64,000 nucleotides of DNA from Bacillota bacterium (GTDB lineage: Bacteria; Bacillota; Clostridia; Oscillospirales; Ruminococcaceae). The notes beneath the pieces are model-generated. The model was not told the DNA's origin. It worked only from the letters and a program-made list of their open reading frames with translations, and ran no database searches. Made by a program: the position numbers and the translations under genes. Shown one piece after another: positions 51,267 through 61,593 of this stretch. How positions within the stretch are numbered: position 1 is the stretch's first letter; each line of letters opens with the position of its first letter. The DNA is taken from assembly GCA_023458875.1 (NCBI GenBank), contig JAEWXO010000046.1, positions 178 through 64,177 on the forward strand, read 5' to 3'.

Positions 51267-51895
51267 TCAATCACAAAACCAACATAATTCCCATGCTCCC
51301 CAAGCTTTCTCTTCTGTTTCAAGCACTCGTTTGTGCGATTCAGGAACGCGATAATGAAGCAAGCAATATATATTAATATTATACCAAATTCCTGGTTCTG
51401 TTACAATAGTGACAGTATTTGTAATTTCGCTGTTGTTTTGTCCGGAAGCTTTATTACTGAGGCTAATATTGTATTTTTGCGTATAGCCTGTATTACAAAC
51501 ATCTCCTTCAGCAATCACTTCGCCATCAATAGTAAACTGAGGCTTCATTTTAACGAGGTAAGCTAGCGTAGAGAAAATATTTCCATATTCTGAGATAACA
51601 TCACTGTCAGACGATGTAGCCGGAACATAAGCTAAAGTAAGCCTTTTGCCATAAACATCAGGCGCATAAATCGTTTTGTTGATATAATCATCGCCGTAGA
51701 TATTGTTTCCCGAAGCCGAATTACCAAACAGCTCAAAGTTGATAGTATCTGTATAATCAACAGGAATATCATCATATCTATCCACATCGGAAACCGTATT
51801 ATAAGGCAGTGAAAGTGGTAAATATCCCAAATCTTCATAGAATATCTCTTTGCCACCGAAGACTTGAGCTACAGAATCATAACCATTAATATTCC
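51267..51895 (-). pseudogene. Internal fragment of a large secreted (transglutaminase/toxin-type) protein gene
   Basis: The frame is open upstream of the annotated start with no proper start, and coding character is lost after ...EITNTVT. Confidence 0.45.
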
Positions 51896-51922
51896 CATTC
51901 TAACACCTCGTCAATTCCCAAT

Positions 51923-52411
51923 TTAGTGTTCCGGCTTATACCAGATATCTATCTCGTTTGAAGTTGGAGCCTCAAACATCGATGTAAGCTTGTTTAATAA
52001 ACCATCATCAACAAAAAAATCTGAACCGCCTTTTCCTTCCTCGATTCTTTTGTTTCGTTCAATAATATTACGATTCCACATTTCTTCAGAAACATCAATA
52101 TAATGCCATTTGTAGCTAATATCATTAGATATTAAGTATTCAGTGATTTCAGACCTATTTTCTATTGTCCAAAATCCCCAGTCTAATATAACGTTTGCTC
52201 CTGCTTTACAAATTTCAACAGTCTTCTTCTTAAGATAATTATTAACTCTCGCTGCAAATACATTATAAAATTCGCCCTGTTCATTGTTTATCATGTCATA
52301 CGTTGCTTCATCTGTCGATAAAACAACTGCGTTATGTTTCTCTTTAAGTGATTTGGCATAATATGATTTACCGCTACATATCTTGCCACATATTAAATAT
52401 ATTTTGCTCAT
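51923..52411 (-). CDS. AAA_33 / P-loop kinase-like protein
   Basis: ICGKICSGKS and VILDWGFW..R motifs. Confidence 0.85.
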   Translation of the reverse strand: MSKIYLICGKICSGKSYYAKSLKEKHNAVVLSTDEATYDMINNEQGEFYNVFAARVNNYLKKKTVEICKAGANVILDWGFWTIENRSEITEYLISNDISYKWHYIDVSEEMWNRNIIERNKRIEEGKGGSDFFVDDGLLNKLTSMFEAPTSNEIDIWYKPEH

Positions 52412-52425
52412 ATATATCTACCTCG

Positions 52426-52448
52426 TTAGCTCGGGAAATTGGAATTTA
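52426..52448 (-). repeat. Gene-boundary repeat TAAATTCCAATTTCCCGAGCTAA
   Basis: 20/23 identical to 52800-52822; its first TAA is the stop codon of the upstream gene. Confidence 0.8.
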
Positions 52449-52790
52449 TACACCAAATGCCTTGATGTACTCACTCCATCCACCTAATAGCAATATACAA
52501 CCGCATGATAATGCTACGAAAATTATAAAATACACAAACAGTAGACATTTATTCTTCTTTACTAGCCTTTTTAATATATATACATTCGATGGGATTGCAA
52601 GTAAAAGCCATATTATCAATGCAATAACTCCAAACATTATGGAAACGCCTTTTTCTGTCCCTAAGTCATAATCGTAACCTTTGGAATGTCCCGTAATGTC
52701 CATATATATCATCCCTAAACATATAGGAAAGGAAAATGCTATTATTGATGACCACAGTGCATTTATACCAAATAATATTTTTTCTTTCAT
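52446..52790 (-). CDS. Small three-TM membrane protein
   Basis: Hydrophobic segments around ITGHSKGYDYDLG; AAGGAG RBS. Confidence 0.75.
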   Translation of the reverse strand: MKEKILFGINALWSSIIAFSFPICLGMIYMDITGHSKGYDYDLGTEKGVSIMFGVIALIIWLLLAIPSNVYILKRLVKKNKCLLFVYFIIFVALSCGCILLLGGWSEYIKAFGV

Positions 52791-52799
52791 TATAACTCC

Positions 52800-52822
52800 T
52801 TAGCTCGAGAAATCAGAATTTA
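52800..52822 (-). repeat. Gene-boundary repeat TAAATTCTGATTTCTCGAGCTAA
   Basis: Near-identical to 52426-52448; followed by RBS and ATG. Confidence 0.8.
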
Positions 52823-52857
52823 TTTGTTGACTTAAAGAAAATTTTTTATCGATAGAC

Positions 52858-52998
52858 TTTGCCTGAATGCTGCAGTAAGTATGCCTGCACACGTGAGGAG
52901 TAATTGTGGGAAGCTTCTTCCTGTAAATCTCATTGTACCTGTTCAGCATATGCTTAAATCTGTGCTCCCAGTGCATTGCCACAAGCGGCATGCCGTTT
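52858..52998 (-). pseudogene. Tyrosine integrase C-terminal fragment (Tn916-like)
   Basis: MPLVAMHWEHRF..M..RYN.IY...LP.ITPHVCRHTYCS; breaks off before the catalytic Tyr. Confidence 0.85.
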
Positions 52999-53134
52999 CG
53001 TTTTGCAGGAATTGAACGACTTATCCACCGGTGATTGAGTTCTGAGCGCTGTAGAAAATATAACAGCCCCGCAGGTTAAACCCGCCAGCATTTTTCCTGA
53101 AATTTACCCTGCAGTGCAATAAATATCAGTAAAT

Positions 53135-54409
53135 TTACACTCTGATACTGACCGTGAACTTTCTGTCAGAATGTACTACAGTCATTCTGAACCTGTGAAT
53201 ATTCGCAATGTTCTTTGCTATCGCCAGTCCAAGTCCGCTCCCGTTTCTTCCTGAACGCTCACTGTTTCCTCTTACAAAAGGCTCGGTGAGTTTCTTTACA
53301 CTAACATCTGTTCTGCCACTGAAATCATTTGAAACACATATACTCCTGCTGCTCAGCATGATGCTCACAGAACCGTTTTCATCAGAATATTTTACTGAAT
53401 TGGAAATCAGGTTCTCCAGCAGCTGGCTCATCATTCTTCGGTCGGCCCTGACACAGCATTCTCCGTCCGTCGAAAAAGTCAGATTCTTTTCAGATGCTGA
53501 TAATTTATACTTTGGCAAAAGCTCTGATATTATTCCTGAGATACTTACATTTTCAAAAGCAGGTAAAACCGAACCTTTTTCCGATCTTGTGAGCTCAAGC
53601 GCATCATCAATGAGTTTTCTGGTATACTCAGCATTTTCTATAATAGTATTTTCGTAGTACTCACGCTTTTCAGGTTCGACATTTTCCTTTAGATTCTCGG
53701 CACATCCTGAAATTATTGTCAGAGGAGTCTTAAGGTCATGTGACAGACTGTTTATTATGCCTCTTCTGTAGTCGTCCTGAATATTCCGTATATTTTCCTT
53801 TGATGCAAAATACACTGATGCTCCGGATGCTGCCATAATGATTAGAATACCGGCTGCTGTCAGAATACCTGAAAAGTACACGAAATAATTTACTCTTATT
53901 CCTGAAACAAGTATAGCACTTTTTCCGCCTGCAGTGACGTCTATATATGTATACATTCTTACAGAAGGAAATGTTTTTCTACTGTACTGTGCTGATAAAT
54001 CTGAAATATTGTGATCCATGATTTCCTTGTAATTATCACGTAGAAAAGATGTCAGGCTACTGTCGTCATGCATTCCGCTTACAGCAATTATGTTATCTTT
54101 ATCTACGCGTGACACCAGCACAGCTGATTTTTCAAGTCCCTTTCTTCCTTTGTCAAAGTCATTCGGGAACCACTTATTAAGTGTATCCGATATCTTCTCA
54201 TCAGATACACCGGAAGGAAGAGCTTCAAGATAGTCCGTCACAAGAACTGTATCTCTCATAAAATGCTCCGTAATCACCGGTCCTTTAAAATATGCTGTTA
54301 TCGTAAAAAAAGCAGACCAGAGCACTGCTCCGGCAATAAGTGTCTTAATCAGTTTTACTGCAAATATCTTCCCAAAACTCTTTTTTTTATATCTGTTATT
54401 TCCTTTCAT
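53135..54409 (-). CDS. Sensor histidine kinase
   Basis: SHDLKTPL, NLISNSVKY and GSGLGLAI motifs. Confidence 0.92.
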   Translation of the reverse strand: MKGNNRYKKKSFGKIFAVKLIKTLIAGAVLWSAFFTITAYFKGPVITEHFMRDTVLVTDYLEALPSGVSDEKISDTLNKWFPNDFDKGRKGLEKSAVLVSRVDKDNIIAVSGMHDDSSLTSFLRDNYKEIMDHNISDLSAQYSRKTFPSVRMYTYIDVTAGGKSAILVSGIRVNYFVYFSGILTAAGILIIMAASGASVYFASKENIRNIQDDYRRGIINSLSHDLKTPLTIISGCAENLKENVEPEKREYYENTIIENAEYTRKLIDDALELTRSEKGSVLPAFENVSISGIISELLPKYKLSASEKNLTFSTDGECCVRADRRMMSQLLENLISNSVKYSDENGSVSIMLSSRSICVSNDFSGRTDVSVKKLTEPFVRGNSERSGRNGSGLGLAIAKNIANIHRFRMTVVHSDRKFTVSIRV

Positions 54410-54420
54410 ATTTTTTCACC

Positions 54421-55098
54421 TCATTCTGTTATCCTGTATCCCTTTCCTATGACCGTTTTTATCCGCTTACCGGCCGAACCCAGAGCTTTCCTCAGTTTTC
54501 TTATATGATTGTCCACGACTCTGTCTCTTCCGAAATAATCTCTGCCCCATATAACATCAAGAATAGTATCACGATCTATCACCTGACCTTTGTTAACTAT
54601 AAGATATCTGAGTATCTCATATTCCTTAAGAGGAAGTTCAGTACTTCTGCCGGATACAGTTACCTGATGTGAAGCTGTGTCTATAACTATTTCATCGCAA
54701 ATGATTTCATGGTTTATAACATTTCCGGATGCTCTTTTCAGCAGAGCAAGGCCTTTTGCATAAAGCTCCGCAAGTGAAAACGGCTTGGTAACATAGTCAT
54801 CACATCCGATGTCATAGCCGAAAAGTATATCCTCCTCGCGGTTTCGGGCCGTAATAAAGATAACAGGAATAATGCTGTCATTTCTCAGAGCTCTGCAGAC
54901 AGAAAATCCGTCTATGTCCGGAAGCATTACATCCAGAAGAACCAGATCGAAGCTATTATTATTAATCTTTTCAATAGCTGCACTTCCGCTGACGGCAGAA
55001 TCCAAAACAATCTTTCCGCCGCTCTTGGATCTGAAATAATCCTCTGTCATCTCTCTTATAACAGGATCGTCTTCAACTATAAGTACTCTGTAATTCAT
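54421..55098 (-). CDS. OmpR-family response regulator
   Basis: VEDD, LDVMLP, KPF and wHTH ending GKGYR. Confidence 0.93.
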   Translation of the reverse strand: MNYRVLIVEDDPVIREMTEDYFRSKSGGKIVLDSAVSGSAAIEKINNNSFDLVLLDVMLPDIDGFSVCRALRNDSIIPVIFITARNREEDILFGYDIGCDDYVTKPFSLAELYAKGLALLKRASGNVINHEIICDEIVIDTASHQVTVSGRSTELPLKEYEILRYLIVNKGQVIDRDTILDVIWGRDYFGRDRVVDNHIRKLRKALGSAGKRIKTVIGKGYRITE

Positions 55099-55267
55099 TT
55101 TTTCACCTCCACAAATATAATAACAGAACAATGTGTCTTCCATATCTCCTTTTAATCACATTTTTTTCACGAAACAATTCAAAAAATCAACGGAACCGTT
55201 TTTAGTACCGCTGAATATTAAAACTTACTTAAAAACAATATAATTTTATCATATTTTCAATCCTGTT

Positions 55268-55699
55268 TCAAGAAACGAGTTTCAGTCCTGGTATTTTTCT
55301 TGTATCAGAATCAATAGCATTTCTGTTTACTGCGGCATAAACTATATCTGAATACGCTGTTTCTGCTGTGATGTTAAGCGTGGGATAAATAATTCTCCGT
55401 TCCAGTAAACACATTAGAAAGCGACCACCCACAATCAGGTAGTCGACGTCTTCTGCATCAGTTTCTATTTTAACGGACTCGATAAGTCCGAAATGTTCCT
55501 TGTCATCGTCCCTTCCGACTATTCTGCCTGTCTGGAAGATTTTAATATTTCTCGGAGAAGCTGCGATATACACTTCAAAGCAGCCGCACTGGTAATATTC
55601 CACGTCCCAGAGAAGACTTGAAAAAGAATCACATACAGCCTCAAGTGTAATGGTCAGGCCGCTGTCCTCCGGCAGCATATTGTAAACTTCAATTTGCAT
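55268..55699 (-). pseudogene. N-terminal fragment of a siphovirus tail protein (Gp37-like)
   Basis: FSSLLWD.EYY.CG.FE...LERRII pattern; ends abruptly. Confidence 0.65.
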
Positions 55700-55702
55700 T
55701 TC

Positions 55703-55870
55703 TCACACTCCTAAGTACGTATTTCTGTGGATTAGCCTTACTTTCAGATTCTGAAGGCCACTTGAGGCACGAAGGTAAAACTTGTTTTCACCGGCTCGGA
55801 GAATTAACCATGTGGAGCCCGAAACAAGGCGGTTGATAATATTTGTCGTCACACCTTCACGCTCAAGGGT
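55703..55870 (-). pseudogene. C-terminal fragment of a phage distal tail protein
   Basis: TLEREGVTTNIINRLVSGSTWLILRAGENKFYL...YLGV*, directly upstream of the tail gene. Confidence 0.6.
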
Positions 55871-55983
55871 TTGAAAAAGAGTGGTTATCTCAATAAGAAC
55901 GCTGATGTTTATTCACTGAACAGAAGCAAGCTCCCTGAAATGGTGAGGCGTACAATCACTTTCTGACATAAAGGGGTATCACA

Positions 55984-57388
55984 ATGGCTGCTAAGGAAAT
56001 GGAAAAGCAAAAGAAAAGAAGCTCATCAGTATGCGGTGTTTTTAAAAACACCGCATACGCAGTAATGAGCAACTATCATCTGATGTCAACAGCGATCTCG
56101 CTGAAAGCAACGGGACTTCTCAGTAAAGTTCTGAATTTGCCCGATAAATGGGATTACTCTGTCAAGGGGCTTGCTTCTATCTGTAAAGAAAAGGAGACCA
56201 CTGGACGAACTGAAAGACGTCGGCTATCTGTGCGTGACTAAGCTGTTCCCTAATCAGACAGAAAACAAGAAGATCGGTTACAGATATCATTTCTTTGAAT
56301 ACTCCGAAAAGGATAAAACAGTACATATCAAGCCAACCGACTTCATAACAATCGAAAAAGCCTGCGTCAGCAACGGCTCAAAAGTGTGCCGTGTTACTAA
56401 AAACGCTAACTATACTGTCATGAGCAGTTTCTTTCTCCGTTCCAAAAACCTGAGCCTTAAAGCTATCGGTCTGCTTTGCAAGGTGCTTTCCCTTCCCGAC
56501 AACTGGGATTACTCCATTGACGGGCTGACAGCTATATGCAAGGACGGCAGAACAGTTATAAAGTCTGCTCTGAAGGAACTTGAAACATGGGGCTATCTCA
56601 AAAAGACACGTTTAAAGCCCAATGAGACTGAAAGCGGTCGCTTTGAGTATTTTTACGATTTCTATGAAATTTCGGATAAAGATGTTCCGCAGGAAGAAAC
56701 CTCTGCACTTTCAACAGGAGATGCCAAAAAGACAAAGGCAGTCTTCAAAAAATATGCCCGTCAAGGGGTATGTTTACAAGAGGCAGAAATTCAAGAGGAA
56801 GAAAAGCAAGGGGTAGAAAATCTGTCGATAGAAAATCGCCAGCAATATAATACTAAAGACAAAATACAAAAAAATCAAATATGTTCTGATGAAGTATCTA
56901 TCAATCAATCCTTCTCCTGCGCTGAAAATGCTGTTGAGAATGTTGAAAACACGATGTACAGCCAATCTGAGGACTGGATTGATGGATTGATGGCTGACAA
57001 AGCAAAAGCAGAAGCTCAGGTCAAAAAGAACATAGACTATGACGAATTTGCTGAATGGATCAGGCTGTTCGGCAAAGAAAACATGAGCGTAGCGGAGCTT
57101 AACAAGATCGTGAGAATTATCGTCAAGGGTATCTGCTCCAAACTTCCACGTCAGACTATCTGCGAAGAAGAATACACCCGTAAGGAAATCGCTACTGTCA
57201 TGCTTGAAGTTGACAGAGAGTGTATCGAAAAAGCACTGGAGATCACTCGCCAGAACTTCGATGTCAGATTCAGAGACAGTTATTTCTTCTCGGTGCTTTT
57301 CAATCAGGCGTACAGCAAGGAATTCACAAGAAACGATGAAGCAAGGGCAATTGATTATGATATAAAAACTACATTCGGCGGTATTTGA
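55984..57388 (+). pseudogene. ICE replication-initiator-like HTH protein with a duplicated N-terminal domain, frameshifted near 56200
   Basis: Two copies of Y.VMS...SLKA.GLL.K.L.LPD.WDYS..GL..ICK; the first copy changes frame before LDELKDVGYL. Confidence 0.75.
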
Positions 57389-57411
57389 CCGTCCCGAAGG
57401 AGGTGGTGTCT

Positions 57412-57620
57412 ATGGCTGCATCTGAAACAGCGGTCAATACCGCTTGAAGGGCTGCCGATGAGCTGTTTTACAGCTTTCACGGCGAATTTGAAGCTATTGT
57501 CATGGATATGCTCGGTGACAGGATAGACAAAAAAACACTTGACACCGTATTTTCTTTTTTTGACGAGCTTCAGGAAGAATACCACAACAAGCTCCATGAG
57601 CTTTACAGAGAGAGGTGAGA
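57412..57620 (+). pseudogene. Small ICE gene with an in-frame TGA at codon 12
   Basis: AGGAGGT RBS; MAASETAVNTA*RAADELFYSFHGEFEAIVMDML... Confidence 0.5.
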
Positions 57621-57623
57621 ACA

Positions 57624-57902
57624 ATGGCTCAGACAATTATCACGCAGAACCGCACGATTATCAACTTTGAGAAGCTCCTCGCTGTCTTTGTTGATCCCGA
57701 TTACGATGACAACGAGAACCTTTTCGGGTTTAGTCTTGTCGGAGTAACGGATATGGACGAGAAGAAGGACTCCATTCTGCTCGGCAGCTATCCTGATGAG
57801 GAGTCTGCTATGAAGGCTAAGGACGATCTTATCAGTTGGCTTGAAACAAGAGCATTTGACTCCTACAAGGTCCAGTCAGCAGATGAAGGCGGTGATAACT
57901 GA
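57624..57902 (+). CDS. Hypothetical ICE protein
   Basis: ORF coupled to the PcfB gene. Confidence 0.6.
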   Translation: MAQTIITQNRTIINFEKLLAVFVDPDYDDNENLFGFSLVGVTDMDEKKDSILLGSYPDEESAMKAKDDLISWLETRAFDSYKVQSADEGGDN

Positions 57903-58381
57903 TGCCTTCTGACTTTGAAAGCGGTACAAAGAAAACCATTGACCTGTCTATGAAAGCTGAGAAGATCACAGCAGATGTTCTCAAATCGGCAATGCAGGAG
58001 TTTTTGTCGGGCAAGGCTGAGAAAAAGGGACGAATGACCTACAAGCAGTTGCAGGCAAAGTCTCCGTCGAAGCTCGACAGCATTGAGGTAAATGACAGTA
58101 ATATCGGTGATTTTCTGAATACCGCAAGGAAGTATGACATTGACTTCGCCCTGAAAAGAGATAAAAGCACTTCTCCGCCTACCTATCATGTTTTCTTTTC
58201 CGCTGCTAAAACAGAGGATTTCAAGAGAGCATTTACCGAGTATGCGGATAAGAGCCGGGGCAAAAATCAACAGCGTGGCGAGATAACACGGGAAATGATG
58301 AAGAAAGAAGCGTCCCGTGTAACAAGTCAGCCTCGCCGTAAACACAAACAGAGAGAGAAAACAAGGGAGAACAGACGTTGA
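57902..58381 (+). CDS. PcfB-family conjugation protein
   Basis: G.MT.KQL, F...ARKY.IDFAL.RDK...P.Y.VFF and AF.EY motifs. Confidence 0.85.
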   Translation: MPSDFESGTKKTIDLSMKAEKITADVLKSAMQEFLSGKAEKKGRMTYKQLQAKSPSKLDSIEVNDSNIGDFLNTARKYDIDFALKRDKSTSPPTYHVFFSAAKTEDFKRAFTEYADKSRGKNQQRGEITREMMKKEASRVTSQPRRKHKQREKTRENRR

Positions 58382-58484
58382 TCTATGACTATTTCAAGTC
58401 CGCACCCGTTCCACGGGCAAGGGGCGATGATATTATTACGGCAGTTTTTGATGCCGATACTGTGAGAAAGGATAAGACTGCGTA

Positions 58485-58757
58485 TTGCAGCTTGACACCA
58501 GAAAGCTCAAAAAGCTGATAATCAAGGCTGTTCCCTATATAGCTTTCTCTTATGTGGGCAACCTTATCGGCTTTGCGTACCGTACCGCTGAGGGAAACGG
58601 CTTTCATGAGAAAGTCCTGCCCTTTATGAGCAATCTCGGTGTGGTGTTTTCACGCATCTTCCCCAGTTTACACCCGTTTGATCTTCTTTTCGGCTTGGTT
58701 CTTGCAGGTGTAATGAGACTTGTTCTCTATGTAAAGAGAAAACACCTATCTTTCTGA
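58485..58757 (+). pseudogene. N-terminal membrane fragment of a VirD4/TraG coupling protein
   Basis: KKLI...PY...PSLHPFDLL.G....RL.LY.K downstream of PcfB; truncated before the ATPase domain. Confidence 0.75.
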
Positions 58758-61424
58758 AAATGAGAAAGAAAAGTGGCAGGCTATAAAAGCAGAACGCTCG
58801 GCAGAAGAAAAAAGCGAACCGTATAAGGTTGAGATAGGTGACCGATTTCGCCACAAGGCTACTGGCGTGGTTTCGGAAGTTATTTCGCTGACAGGTGCAT
58901 TACCGTATTATGAAGACGAATGCACGGTAAAAAGATTAAGCGGTGCTTTTGAGATCACGGAAAACCTCAGCAATGATTATCTGCTTAAAAGCGGTCTGTA
59001 TGAATACATCGGAAAGGCTGAACCCGAAAAGGAACAGCCTGCACCTGAAAAGCCTGATATAAGGTGTCAAGCAAAACAAAGACAGAGTCAGGTGAAATAA
59101 AGACATCTGATACTCTGCCTGTTGTAAAGAACCTCTCTCAGCTCCGAAAGACTATCAAGCCGGGTATGATGTTTGAGATAACCGATCATCTCCGTCCCGA
59201 ATGCGTCGGAGAACGCCGTATTGTCACGGGTGTCAACTCCGTTGATTTCACCTCCAGAACGCTTGATGAAAACGATGAACCTACGGGCAAAGACCGTCAC
59301 ATGGATTTCGATAAGGCGAAGAACTGGACGTTTGACGGAAGTGAGATGATTGCAAGGCTCGATAACGGTGATATGCTTATGAGCTTTCACTTCATTGACA
59401 GACTGAATCGTGAACAGCCCGAAGCCGAAGTTCAGGCTGATATTGCAGTCTCAACAACGAATACTGCTCCTGTGGAAAAAGCCCCTGCGGTCGAAACTGA
59501 CAAGGGTGATAATTTCGCTATTACTGATGATAATCTCGGTGACGGCGGTGCAAAGACAAAGTTCAGAGCCAATGTCGAAGCTATAAGAACTCTGAAAACT
59601 GTTGAAGCTGAAAAGCGTCCTGCAACGGCTGATGAAAAAGAGATCATGTCAAAATATGTTGGCTGGGGTGCTTTATCTAAGGCTTTTGACAAGAATGATG
59701 AAAAGTGGGCCGCTGAATATAAGGAGCTTTCCGAGCTGCTTACTCCCGAAGAATACCGTCAGGCAAGAGCTTCGGTCAACGATGCTTTCTACACCTCTCC
59801 TACGGTTATTGACGGCATTTATGAAGCTCTCGGCAAATTCGGCTTTGATGGTGGTAATGTTCTTGAGCCTGCAATGGGTATCGGAAACTTTTTCGGACGT
59901 ATGCCCGAAGATATGCAAAAGCACTCTCAGCTCTACGGTGTTGAGATCGACAGCCTTTCGGGACGTATCGCTCAGGCTCTCTATCCCGATGCAGAAGTAT
60001 CTATCAGGTGCTTTGAACAGAACACCTATCAGAACGGCTGTTTTGATGTAGCCGTCGGCAATGTTCCGTTCGGTGAGCTTGGCTTTGTGGACTCAGTACA
60101 CGGTACTACAAAACTGCACGACTATTTCTTTGCCGAGACTCTTGATAAGGTCAAGGACGGCGGTATTGTCGCTTTTGTTACTTCGGCAGGAACACTTGAC
60201 AAGCGCGATGAAGCCACAAGGCAGATGTTAGCGGATAAGGCTGATTTCATCGGTGCTATCCGTCTGCCGGGCGGAAAGAACGGTGCTTTCAAGGATAATG
60301 CAGGCACGGAAGTCACTACGGATATTATCTTCCTGCAAAAACATGAGGGCAAGTCCGTTTCTGAAATGCTCGATACTCCCGATTGGATACATATCGGTGA
60401 AACTTCCGACGGTCTGCCTATCAACAAGTATTTTGAACAGCACCCCGATATGGTACTTTGTACTGTTATCGAGGGAAACAAACTATACGGCAGCGGTACT
60501 ATGGTTGTCGCTGAGGACGGCTTTGACCTGAAAACAGCACTTCATGAAGCTGTCGGAAAGCTGTCTGCGGAGATCAGCCACGATAAGGGGCGTGATGTGT
60601 ATGCAAAGACAGCCCAGGGCGAACAGGTACAGATACCGTCAAATCTGCGTAATTACAGCTTTTTTATTTCAGACGATCAGATTTTCTTCAAGAAAAACAA
60701 TACCGCCTGCGAGTTCCGTTTCGATAAGACAACGGCACAGCACAAGCGTTTCAAGGCGTTTATTGAACTTCGTGACCTGACAAGAGAGCTGATAGAAGCT
60801 CAGGAGCTTGACAAGCCTGACAGCGTTATCAAGGATTTACAGGCAAAGCTGAATGAGGTCTATGACGATTTTTACAAGAAATACGGGCTTATACACTCTC
60901 AGACGAACAAGCGTTACTTCTCGGAAGATGTGTCATATAACCTTGTGGCAGGCTTGGAAAAGAGTTATGATAAGACTGAGCTGAAAGAAAAATCGGATAT
61001 ATTTACGAAGCGTACCATTATGCCGCCGAAGGCTGTCGATCACGTTGAGACGGCTATCGAAGCTCTTACGCTCTCTGTTGCTGAAAAAGCAAGAGTGGAC
61101 TTTGAGTACATGAGCCGTCTGACAGGTCTTTCTGAGGACGAGCTGAAGCACGACCTTACGGGTGAGATATTCAAAGTTCCCCATACCGAGAACGTCTATC
61201 AGACTGCTTCGGAGTACCTTTCGGGCGATATTCGTAAGAAACTCCGTGAAGCTGAGGAAGTCGCTGAGTATGATGCTGATTTCAATATCAATGTATCTGC
61301 TCTTAAAAAAGCAATGCCTGAACCATTAAAAGCCGGAGATATTGATATAAAGATAGGTGCGTTATATTATCGAAAACACATTCCTATAAAACAAAAAAAT
61401 GCATATATCCCCCTGCAAATTTAA
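58738..61424 (+). pseudogene. Internal fragment of an ICE DNA methylase/SNF2 helicase (DarB-like)
   Basis: YVGWG, AFYT, LEPAMGIGNF, GNVPF, HDYFF and EYLSG motifs; frameshift near 59065; truncated at DIDIKIGA before the helicase motifs. Confidence 0.85.
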
Positions 61425-61461
61425 AACCTTCAAATGGAAAAAGTCCAGTTGAAGGTTTTAA
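61421..61461. terminator. Terminator-like inverted repeat
   Basis: TTAAAACCTTCAA / TTGAAGGTTTTAA. Confidence 0.65.
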
Positions 61462-61593
61462 TAATTTGAATTAATTTCTTATACAGTGAAACGTGGAGAA
61501 GCTGTAAAGTGAATAACAATTCCACAAACTCACATTATACTAGTTTAGACATATATTAAGATATCCAAGAAATACTTGTCATAGCTAAGCATT

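Larger units (their letters stand above)
55871..61360 (+). mobile_element. Decayed integrative conjugative element segment
   Basis: Gene order rep-like HTH, PcfB, VirD4', methylase/helicase'; visibly more GC-rich than the flanks. Confidence 0.8.

Noticed and set aside
55268..55870. Prophage
   Set aside because: Only two partial tail-gene fragments totalling about 600 bp.
59064..61424. Standalone restriction-modification methyltransferase
   Set aside because: Motifs and context match the ICE methylase-helicase, truncated at both ends; there is no nuclease or specificity gene.
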